A stretch of DNA of 64,000 bases from Vitrella brassicaformis CCMP3155. Its lineage: Eukaryota; Protista; Chromerida. The DNA lies in the NCBI GenBank assembly GCA_001179505.1, contig CDMY01000850.1:62001-126000 (forward strand). The letters are read 5' to 3'. A program made the translations under genes and the position numbers. Positions 48,409 to 59,971 of the stretch are shown here, one piece after another; positions within the stretch are counted from its first letter, which is position 1; every line of letters begins with the position of its first letter. Below the pieces are notes generated by a model that was not told the origin of the DNA, did not search any database, and saw nothing but the letters and a program-made list of their open reading frames with translations.

Positions 48409-51168
48409 CTAGGCGAAGATGTCATCGGCCTGTTGCTGTTCGTCGGACTCTGACTCTGACTCCAGCATGGCGGCCTTGAACGTCTCCAGCTGCTTCTGCA
48501 GCTTCTCCAGCTCCCTCTCCGCAGCAACCCGGTCCCTCCTCTCCTGCTGCCACGACACATACAGCTGCGAAGCCGACTGTCGCTGCTTCTGTGCCATCCG
48601 CCAGTCCTTCCGTCGCTGATGCATCTCGTCCAGCACAGAGACGGCCGAGTCGATGTCGGTGTCGAAGGCCGCCATCATGTCGTCCTCGGCCATGATTGGG
48701 GGCGGTGTGGGCGCCTTGGGGTCGAATCGCGGCCAGTCGTTGGTCGTAAGCCAGTAGTAGAGGAAGAAGAATCCGGGGATCTGTGCCGGCAGGGGAGAGA
48801 GAGTGCACGTATGGATTCTTTGCGTGTGCGTGCGTGTGTGTGTGCGCGCGCGAGTGCTGCTTACGGGCTTGAACTCAGGAACCATGTGTCCCGCACCCCT
48901 GACCGTCAGAAAGTCGAAGTTGTTGGCGTATCGGACCACGTAGCTGCACACACACACAGAGGACACATAAGGAAAAGATGAGCCTGCCCTGCCCCCGTTG
49001 CCCACCCACCCACTCCCTCCCACCGCACCCAGCGACTTGTCTCTTGCCGTCCAGTGTCCACGGTCGCCATGGCTCTATCTCCTCAAATCCCATGGCGCGT
49101 GTCCAGAACTCACCGCCATTGTACTGCATACACAGAACAGGCACACCCATTCCATTCAACCATACCATCCACAGGGGGGATGGCTTACCGGCACACTGGC
49201 GTCGGCGTCGCCATAGAAGATCAGAACGCGGTAGCCGTTGGCCACCAGCCGCTCGTAGATCGGCCGGACATCCTCACACGTCGGCACATAGCCCGTCCAC
49301 CCGTCCCACTCGTGCCAGTGCCCCTTGACGTGCAGCGCAGCCTTCACCTCCTCCCTGTTGAGCCACGTGTGCATTCCCCGTGTCGAGCCGCACTCATAGT
49401 CGTCCAAAGAACCACGCAAAGGACTGCTTTGCGTGTGTGGGGGTCTCCGTTGCGGCATTGCGTGGCGAGCGAACGAGAGGGGATGGGGCTTGGGGATGCG
49501 CTGGGTGAGGTCTGCTGCTGCTGCCGCTGCGGATGTGAGCTGGTCGCCGGTGCCAAAACATTCGTCGTATATGTTGTAGACATAAAAGCCGCCTGACATG
49601 AGAGAGAGAAAGGAGACAGACAGACACACCGTCGTGTGGCCACACGTGCCCTGCTCGTGTGTAAGTGTGTGTGTGTGTTGTGTGCTGTGTCACACACACA
49701 CTTACCGATTTCCGTCTCCATTTGATCGATCAGGCCCTGATTGAAGGAATGCAATGCACCCACCAGATACCTACCGGCCGGTGACTGATCTGCCCATCCT
49801 TCATGTGTGTGCCTGACTGACCTTGCATGTCGGGCTGTCGGAGTAGTTTCCGTGGAGAAGCTCGGGAAAGCATGTCGACTGAAGAGCAAGACGGGTGGGG
49901 GTGGAGAACTGGCCATGACCGTACAGGACCTCCGAATACTGCCGACCACACACACATACACAGACATACCACAACGTCATCACGTCTTGGGTTGTCTGCC
50001 TGTTTGTGTGTCAGGTATGCATTTACCTACCCAGTACATGTCATCGACGCCACACCCGCCCTGCGCGTGTGTCCCCATACACCCATCGCCAACCACCACT
50101 CCCCTCAAGCTGGGGATAGACCTACACGGACAACACCACACAACACAGATGGGCACGAACTTGTCACGGCGGTGGTGTGATGCCTACGTGCTCGTCTCAC
50201 TCACCCAGGGTTGTCCAGTATCAGCTCAGCCAGCGTCGGCACATACACCCCCGCATACGATTCACCCGTTATGTGAAAATCATTGCCCGAAAACTCGGGA
50301 TATGCCTGAAACAGAAAACAGAAAGGCATTTGACGGCGAGTGTTCGGCTGTGTGTCGAGTGGCGCCGCCGAGAAGGAATCTTTTCCGTACATCGAAAAAG
50401 TTGACGAGGAAGTCGAAGTTGTCTTGTGCGGTGATGGTGTCGTTCCAGAGGGGACACTTGTGTGGGTCCACACAGTGTGACCATCCCACTCCAGCAGGAC
50501 TCTCGAAGAACAACATACTCGCAAACTGACAGACACATCAACACCAACCAACACACATGCGATGCCGTGCACGATGAATATGCGACTCCTTTGACCGCAC
50601 CGCTCAAGTCACCTTCGTCCAGGTCCATGGGTTGGGGATGAGCTTGGGCACCCCCTGATACGGGATGCCCTCGAATGACAGATCATTCGTGAGGAATGGG
50701 CCCATCTCCGTCAGCAGTCCCAACATCCCGCTGGCACCGGGACCCCCCTTCAGACCATACACACCGCACACACACCACACAATAACATGTATGCGGGCGC
50801 GTCCATGGCGTGGTGTGCATTGCATTGCATGAGTGACAGACGTTTGCACCTCACCTGCATCCAGAGCAGCAGCGGGTCCCTCTCAGGGCTGTTCTCGGAA
50901 GTGATGAGCCAGTAGTGGTACATGCGTGTGCCATTGGCCACAGGGATGAAGCCAGAGTACATCCGTGATGGCAGCGGACCCTCCCAACCTGCAGATGTGA
51001 TCCAACACCAACACAACTGAGATGCCGTGCGTGCCCAGACACAGAAGACAGTGGTTGCACCTGACCTGGCAGGCTCTTGATCATGTCTGCCTCCACAGCT
51101 GCCTTGACCCTGGCGATGCAGACCATGCTCACCAGGCAGAGCAGCCTCCACATCCATCCGGAAGCCAT
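48409..51168 (-). CDS. Serine carboxypeptidase, peptidase S10 family, with signal peptide and C-terminal coiled-coil extension
   Basis: MYSGFI; DPLLLWMQGGPGAS; EMGPF; NPWTWTK; LFFESPAGVGWS; FHITGESYAGVYVP (catalytic Ser); RVLIFYGDADASVP (Asp); FLTVRGAGHMVP (His). Confidence 0.96.
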
Positions 51169-51514
51169 AGTGATCCTCCAGATCTTCGACTCAGAACATG
51201 CACAGCACGACGATAGATAGACCAACCCAGTCACGGCTGGTGGTTATTGTGTCTGGGAGAGGCTCGTGAGAGAGCGGTTTCACGGAATGTGGCGTTTGCG
51301 AGCTTAGCGTGCAGCCGATAAAAGAAGGTGAGCGATTTAAGGAGTGAGTGCAGGCAGACACGCAGAAATAGACCACCCCATGCTTTGTCCTACTTGCTCT
51401 GCAGGCCAGACTGAGGCCCTTTGCAGTGGTTCCGGACGTGCGCACCTCTCTCTGGGGTTTTGACACACAGATCACACATCTGGCCGTCCCCTCGCACTGC
51501 ACACGTGCCTCAAC

Positions 51515-54500
51515 ATGGTTGATGACGAGGAGGCTCCTCAGGGAGTCACAGTGGCTGTGCGTGTGCGGCCCATGTGGGTCAATGGCCGTGAGAAGGGGTG
51601 CAAGAACGTGGTGCTCATGGATGGCAATGTGACGAAGATCATCAACCCGGAAGATGAAGACGAAGAGCCGCGGGAGTATGCCTTCGACAAGAGCTACTGG
51701 TCACACGACCGGTGAGTGAGAACATTAATTTGATGCATATATATGAGAAATGGCGTGTTTGCAGATACAAGGATCGTGGTGACGGTGTGTTCGTGCCTGA
51801 CTCGGAGGACTCGCCGTATGCAGACCAGGACATGGTGTGGGACGAGCTGGGTTCCATCATTTTGGGGAAGGCTATGCAGGGCTTCAACTGCACTGGTGAC
51901 ACGGACCAAACTGACTCAGTCATGTGTTGTCTCCTCTGCCAGTCTTTGCTTACGGGCAGTCCGGTGCGGGGAAGAGCTACAGTGTTGTAGGATATCACCC
52001 CAACGTCGGCATTGTGCCAAGGTGACCTACAAGCAGAAAGGGTGCTGTTTGTCATTGACTCTGCACCTCATCAGGTGTCTGAAGGAGCTGTTCAGAATTG
52101 CCGACGAAAATCAAGACCCAAAGATAAAGTACCAGGTCGGTAGAGCCAGCAGCGCGCCTCTCAGCACAATGAACGGACCATTATTGGCCCGTTTGTCTGC
52201 AGATGGAAATCGCGATGGTCGAAATCTACATGGACGAGGTGTACGACCTCCTTGTCCCCCGCACCAAGACCCGCCATCCCCTGAAGGTGTTCATCTACAA
52301 GGGCGAAGTCATGATCTACGACCCCAAGGTCCGTATACTGCCCAGCTGCAGGCAGGCCACTCTGTGAGTCTCGCTCGTGTGTTTGTTCGTTGAAGGATCG
52401 CAAGAACAAGGATAAGATATGGAAGGCGTGCAAGGACTACCAGCAGGCTGAAGGTGAGACAGCCACCAGAGACGCTGACAGACACACATGTTCTGTCTCC
52501 CCTTTCTGGCAGCCTTTAGGCAGATGGGAGACAAGGCCCGCACGGTGCGGCCGACAGGCATGAACCCCTCATCTTCTCGCGCACACACAGTGTTCATTGT
52601 CCGCTTTACAAAGAGGCGGAAAGAAGGAGAGGTAAGCAGCGCACCCACATCCGCCTACAGGCATGTCTAATCTTGCACCCTTTCATCCATTCAGGCGTGG
52701 ATTGACGAGTTTCGCTCGAAGATCAACTTGGTGGATTTGGCTGGCTCCGAGCGGCCGGCCGACACCGGTCTGACGGGGATAGGTCTGGAGGAGGGTGTGG
52801 CCATCAATAGCAGCCTCTCATCGCTGGGTCGTGTTATGAAGCAGCTTGTGGACGGCACACGGGTCAACTACCGGTCGTGCAGGCTGACAGAGGTTCTGGC
52901 GGAGTCGCTGAATGGCAAGGCCATCACCATCATGATCGCCGCACTCAGCCCGGCCGACATTAACTACAACGACACCGTGAGCACACTCCGGTTTGCTGAC
53001 AATGCAAAGAAGATGCCCGTGGTAGCCAAGAAGCAGCTCAGCCCGACCGAGCAGCTGATCCAGAACCTCAAGGCCGAGAACGACAAACTCAAGGCGCTGC
53101 TGAAGAAGGCAGGTAGGTGTGAGAGACACACGCACCTCGCACACGGTGCCATCTCTTTCCGCGAATGCAGGCATCACGATGGAAAGCGATGAGGATACAG
53201 ATGCAACACCTGAGGACCTCAAAAAAGCAACAAATGACGCAAAGGTCAGCTCATCTGCCCATCCACAACAGAATTCACGTTATCTCGGTTGTGTGGTCAG
53301 GCCGCAGCCGACAGCAAGGCCGCAGACAAGGACCGCGCGGCCAAGGAGGCCCAACAGGCCTCGCAGCTCGCCGAGGCAAAGGCCAAGGAGGCGCAGACCG
53401 CCAAGGCTATTGCCGCCCGGGCTCAATCCATTGCTGAGGACGATGTAAAGGAGAAGGCAGTGGCGGCAATGTCGCTGAGACGACAGGCAGCCGATGAATC
53501 GAATGCGGAAACGAAAGCTGAGCTCGAAAGGAAGGCCGCCGAGGCCGAAGAGAATCTCATGTGAGCACAGAATGGCATCGGGGGCAAGGCTATATCACCG
53601 AACAAGGGTGCCACAATCGTGTGTGCAGGCAGGCTGAGGCCAAGGCAGCTGCCGCTCCGGCAGAGGCTGATGAGCAAATGAAGAAGCTCGAGTAAGCTTC
53701 AACACTCGTGTCCGACAAGCTGCTCACAATATTGGTCGTTTTACTTCATGCACAGAGACGAAATGGCCGAGGCACAGAGAGTCGCCAAGGTCGACACAGA
53801 TAAGATGCAGGCATAATGCTATCTCTCACTGGACCTGTCTACCTCCCAGTCCAAGCTTGCTGAGGCCAACCGCCGTGCAGCTGAGGCAGAGGAGGCGAGA
53901 ATCGAGGCCGAGGAGGCTGCCGAAGTCGCCAGCATGCAGCTCAATGAGCTCATGGAACGGAAACGGGCCGTTGAAATTATGCTAGCAGACCAACAACAGG
54001 TGCGACCATGAGAGGCACTGACTTGTTGAGACACAGACGCCTCATATGTGTGTGTGGTTCGATAGGACTTTGCTGAGAAGCTGGCTGAGAGTGAGGCCAA
54101 GGCCAAGGAGATGATGGCCGCCATGCATGACATGGGGCTGAGTGTCAAGGAAATCATGGCTGCTTTTGGCGAACACGCGGACATTGATGAGAACGATCCG
54201 TATCTCTTCAACTTGGCGGAAGACCCGCTCGATGCTGGTAAATAGAGACAGCACACTCATACACAAGGTGAGGTAAAAATGGTTGTCTGCAGGAGCTCTG
54301 TTGTACGCGTTACCAGACGGTCAGACCAAGGTGAAACGGCTGGTGGCCGGAGACACCGAGAAAGCCATCAAGCTGGAGGGCCATAGGTGAACGAGAAGAT
54401 CGGGACGGACGCCACCACCTCATCGGGTCTCTGTCTCAGTGTGCAACCCCACCACGCGACCTTTGAGAACACGAAAAAGGGTTGCTCCATAACACCTGAG

Positions 54501-56648
54501 GTGCTCGGCAATAGACGTCCTTCAGTGAGTGTGTCCACCGAAGGAGTCATCTGTGTCCACCGTGGCAGGGCAAGGCGGTTACCTTCGTCAACGGCGAGCC
54601 GCTCACTGCCAAACGAAGACTAGAGCACGGAGACAGACTGATCTTGGGCAATGAATTCGCCTTCCGGTTAGTGGTGCCGTCGAAGAAGCAGGTACGCCAG
54701 CTGTGAGCCGTGAACGTTCACACAGCTGACACCACCCGACGCGGGATATCTGTAGGAGCGGGAAAAAAAGAAAGTGGCGGAAGGCGAAATATACGACTGG
54801 GACGCGTGCTTCGAGGAACTCGCTAAGGCAAACGGTATGAAATCACGTTGTCGGAGGTGAATGAAGGGGTTTGTTGTGCAGATGTTGATATTGAAAGAGA
54901 CATAGCGGAGCTGAGGTCAAAGCTGGACTGCGAATATAAAGAGAAGCAGCAACAACTGGAGAAGGAAAAGGTACGACGTAGCAGAAGGTGGCTCAATGTC
55001 GGTGTGCGTCTCCCTCTTTCAGGCTGCCCTCGAGGCCCAGCTGGCGCGGGAGCGAGCTAAGTTCCAGGCAGAGATGGAACAGCTGAAGCGACAACGTGCC
55101 GAGGGGCAGGCAAGTGATGAGATCGACGACAACGAAGAGACGCAGAGGATGTCTTTCGATGCACTCGCCAGGCAACTCATGGAACAAGTACTACTAGCAC
55201 CACAGACCACACTTTCGTCCACACATGAAGGTGTGTCCATGTCTCACAGAAAGAGGAAGTGGAAAAGACCCTCAAGGACCAGGCCAACTTGGCCAGCATC
55301 ACCAGGGCACACACCGCCATCGACACGGATCTCAGAGTGGTCCGGTCGCAGATGAGGGAGCTCCAGCCACGGCTGGTCGAGGCCAACAGGATTTCCAAGG
55401 CGCTCTCGATCGGAGTCAAGTATTCCTTCAAGCTGCTCGACGTCAAAGTGCCTAGCACCAAGAGGGGCAAGAAGCAGGGTGGGGCTGAGGGTGAGGGTGA
55501 GCGTCGCGTGGTGCTGCAAATCATGGCAGAGAAGACCGGGGAGAGGAAGCTGTGGACGCAGGACAAGTTCAACAGGCGGCTGGTGCGGATGGTGAGGATC
55601 GCTGACATGGATGAGCCGCCTGCGGTGAGAAAGGCTGGGGGATTGGATGGATGCAAGCACATGGTACGTGTGCGTGTGTTGTGTGGCGACCAGGAGTCGG
55701 ATGAGGACAGTGACCCTTTCTGGGTGAGCAACTGATCTAATGAGGGAGACATGGAATGTAGGGCTGATGGTATCTCTTTCCATTAGGACCACACTGATCA
55801 CATCCTGGTGGGCTCTTGCGCTGTGGGACTCCGGCCGCTGCTCACACTCACCCCCATCGATGAAGAGGTACGTCAATGAAGAGGTACAAACACAGACGCA
55901 CCCTTTCCTCCCTCTCCCCTGTGTGTCTGTGTCCAGGTGAAGATCCACTCCGTGGACGGACACGTGACGGGCATCATCCACGTCAGCATCACTGCCGTCG
56001 ACAGCGGCGGCAAAACGATCACCAAGCCACTGACTGACCCACAAGTACACACAGAAAGATAAATCAATGCAGACACTGCACTGCCCGTGATCCATCCCAT
56101 ACATGGCCTGGCCATCTGTCTATCTAGCACCTGCTGGGCCAGTCGGTGGCCTTTCGGGTACACATCGAGACGCTCTCTGGGCTGCCCCTCAACGTCACGC
56201 ACCTTTTCTGCCGATACAGCTGGTTCCAGTCTGAGGGCCTCTCCCACAGCTCCTACTTCACGGGCCGCACTGTGGACCACTCGGCCGTTTTCGACGTGCC
56301 AAAGGTGGAACAGCCGCTGCTGGGTTTCTTCACCGAGAAACCCATGCTCATTCAGGCAAGCGAAGAGAATGACAATGGCGTGGACCCACACTGTGTCCCG
56401 CTCTGCAGGTGAGGACGTTTGAGGCCGATGCGATGCGCAGTGCGATTGATGCCATGGCGGCCGTCGGCGGGCCGTCTCCATCCGTCGCAGCAGCGGCAGC
56501 TGCTGCTGGGGCTGACTCGCCCATTGTGCGTGAGCTACAGCAAGAGATAGAGCAGCTGAAACGAGAGAAGGCCGACCTCCAGAAGAGGCTCCAGCGGACA
56601 GGGGCGGGAAACACTGCGCAGAAGTCTGAGTGCTGCTGCGTCATGTAG
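51515..56648 (+). CDS. Kinesin-3 family motor (KIF28/KLP-6-like) with FHA domain, coiled coils and C-terminal CaaX
   Basis: VTVAVRVRP; YAFDKSYWSHD; AYGQSGAGKSY; MNPSSSRAH; INLVDLAGSER; YNDTVSTLRFA; FHA region PYLFNLAEDP..FVNG..LEHGDRLILG; YDWDACFEEL; ends KSECCCVM*. Confidence 0.95.
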
Positions 56649-57354
56649 CTCACGCACTCACTTGCCCTAAGGATGCCATTCATTGTAGAGGTGTCTCTGT
56701 GGTGTGTGTAGCGATCTGCAGTGCGCGGCCTGCCCCATTCCATTTCGCCCATGATTTATCGACAGCGCAGTGGCCCCCGCTCCCCCTTATGCACGCACAC
56801 TTGGTGCGTGGGCTGATCTGATCCCTCGATTCATGAAGTCTCCCAGCCATGGCCATGCAACGCCATGCACCCACACACAAACACGTCAGTCAGTCATTGT
56901 CTGTGGTCCTGGTTTATGCGTTCACACACACATGCACACATGCATACACACGTGTACGCAACGCAAAACCACCCTCCCGCCCCGCCGACATACATATACC
57001 GTACGTACTGACTGCATCGATCGGGGGCTGGGGGGAGAGTGGAAAGAAAAAGTATCCAGGCACCACACCACACAGCATGCATGCCATGCATTGCAGCGGG
57101 CTCTATATCAGAGCTGACATAAATAAATAAGACACCAACAGCAGCCAGCAGACACATGGTCAATTACATTACAACGCATAGGCATACACATACACACAGA
57201 TGCACACACATGTACCGCTTGGCAGCCCGCACGGAAAAACGCGGCCTCGCGCTATATGGATCACACACATAGACTGACTGACAAGAGTGCTCCCTTATCC
57301 CCCCTGAACATACCTGCACCCACTCGCTCTCCAGCTGCGCCCACTGTCATGCAT

Positions 57355-59910
57355 TCACGCTTTGATTTCCACCATGGTGGCCGGGTCGTCGAATTTGCGG
57401 CGGTATGTGCGGCGGTGGAAGCGCCACGCCTCGTACGCCAGCAGGTAGGCTATCGACAAAGCACCGCTCACCAGCAGGGCATCCATGGCGACTGAATCCC
57501 ATATCCATGTGGCACCACAGAGAGACACGTGAGATGATGTGGATCGGATGGGTGTGTGTGGTGGGGTGTGGTGGGTGTATGCGATGCGACTGACTGACCT
57601 TTCCAGTCCTGTTGACCCCTCTTCAACTTGTCGTATGCCTGTTTGGCCAGCGCATGCACACAGCACAGGACAGGACAGGACGGGCAACTCAACTCAACTC
57701 ACACACGTGATGCTAGTCAATTGTGATGTGTCCTCATTCATCAAATCAATGCCTACGCAGTATGCCAGCCCGGCCACTAGCGCATGAAAGCACAAGACGA
57801 GACACAGATGTCCTACAGACCTGCACACACACAGACACCCACACCATGAGATACATACACACACCTCTGTTCCCATCTGTGAGTGTCCTATGATAGATAC
57901 TTTGATCTAACAGAGATCCAGCAGCAGACGGCCGCCCCAATGGTGACGCCCAGTGCAACGAAGAGGCTCATCCAGGGCCGCCATGGGCTGCGGTACACGT
58001 GTTCACTCTCATACGCCTTTATGCCGCGACTGAATCAACACAACACAACACAGCACCCATGAGTGCTCTCCGTCCTGTGTGCGCCCTCCCCTGCCCACCC
58101 ATTCACCTCTCTGAGGGAGTCCAGGAGACGTACGCGACGCTCCTACTTTTCCTCTGCCTCTTCCTGCGTCGCCTCCTGGGCTGATCGGCAGCATCTGCCC
58201 CACCCACCATCTCGTCCTCTGCCTGTGGTGCAGGGGATGTCCACTCGGCATCATTGGCTAAAGCATACGGCGCTGCGTAAGGGAGAGTCGCATTAGCGGC
58301 TTCACTGCCCTCTGTCAGCAGCTCCTTGCTGGTCGAGGACGGTGTCGTGTTGTTGGCTGCGCGTTGGTGCAGCGACCTTCGCAGCCGGCGGATCGAGTCA
58401 ACGCTCTCAATCACCCTGACAATTCATAAAAGCAAGGGGACAACATAACATCCATGCCATGACCCATGCCATGCGCTCCCATCCAAATGCATCTGATCTG
58501 CGTGTGTGTCTGGTTGTGGATGTGATGTGGCGTGATGTGATGTATGCTCTGTCTGCTGACTTGATGGATGGGAACATTGCGGTGCCCGCAAACCAGTAGC
58601 CAGTGTACCCGGGATACGCCTCGAGGGCCGCCCCCTCATCCCGGCCGCTCACAGCCACGCCGTTGACGTCATACACGGTGTCAGATTGCGTGTCCTTGAT
58701 GAGCAGAAAGCCCTTGTCGTCCACATCAGCGTCGTTGAGCTCGAAGAGCTTGCCGCCGCTGAGGAGGGCGCGTGTGAGTCTGAACTCCTCCTGGTGAATG
58801 ACCACAATATCGACGTCTGCCAGCTTGGCGTTGACCACACCCTCCTCGGCTAACACATCAAGAGGGAACAGAAACCTATGCGGATCCACAGACAGACAGA
58901 GAGACAGACAGACAGAGGCCACCAGAATCGCCGCCTCTTTCTTCTCTTCTGTGCATCCACCATCCACCCCCTCCCCGCTCACCACACGTCCCCAACACGC
59001 AGGTGCAGTGCCCTGCTCTTGGCTGGATGAAGGTCATAGGGGCTCCCTGATGATGGGTCGTAAGTCGTTGGGAACATTATCACACTGTTGGTGTCGTAAC
59101 TGCCATAGGGATTCCGTGTGTAATCGCGCGAGACCCCCGTATCGAAGGAGAGCACTTGTGTGTGCGGGTGCAGCAAGCGCCAGACTCGCCAGCGGACCTC
59201 CGTTATTGGCAGCATCGTGAGCTTCGTGCCTTGCTTGGGCCCCTCCACTGCACAGGCCATCATCTGCACCCAGCTGCTCTCAGCTGACGACCGGTCGTAC
59301 ATTATCTGCAATGTACATATCAGATCAGATCGGACACTGGGCTGGGCGGCTGGGATTTCGTCCCCCTTCACCACCCCTTCTCAGTCGCTGACCGACCAGG
59401 TTGTTCTGGAAGAGCCGGCCGGAAACGCCCATCTCGTTCCCGTCGACTGCCTCCAGAGCAAAGGCGACACCCGTGGCTACCAGCGGGCAATACGTCACTG
59501 CAAATCGCGTCCCATTAGACGACCTGTCATTGACAATCTCGTGCCAGTTGAGGATGCGCAGCGGGTAGGCCTTTGGCTCGCCATCGACGGTCATGCCAAG
59601 CACCCAGTCGTCGTCACTCACGGCCGCCTCGCCAGCAGGAGAGAATTCTGGGCTGTCAATTGACGGAATCCCGTCTTTTCGTGGGCCTGTCAAGCATTGC
59701 GAGCACACAGGCAAGATGAGATGCCAACAGAGCCTGCAGTGATCTTGTGTGTACAGTGCTTGTGTGCTTCATCCTATTGCCTCATTGCTGACCTCCCCTG
59801 ACGATGCCCTGCAGGTCGATTTGGCAGCCGCCAGATGAGATCTGCGCCTCAAGCGGGCTGCAGAGAAGCAGCAGAGGAAGCGCCAAGGCTACAGGGAAAG
59901 ATCTCGTCAT
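57355..59910 (-). CDS. DUF3179-family protein with signal peptide and C-terminal TM anchor(s); 3' exon joins are approximate
   Basis: MTRSFPVALALPLLLLCSPLEA; RG|GPRKDGIPSID; KAYPLRILNWHEIVND; AVTYCPLVATG; GVSGRLFQNNL|IMYDR..SSWVQ; WRVWRLLHPHTQVLS; GYWFA; then hydrophobic exons, ending ..MVEIKA*. Confidence 0.85.
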
Positions 59911-59971
59911 TTTGTCGTGGTCGCCTCTCCTCCTGCTTGTTTGAGCTCGCCCGGAAGGAAAAAGGAGGCAA

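Noticed and set aside
59505-59530. Possible selenocysteine in DUF3179
   Set aside because: No in-frame TGA at the CxxC/U position; the codon is GTA (Val).
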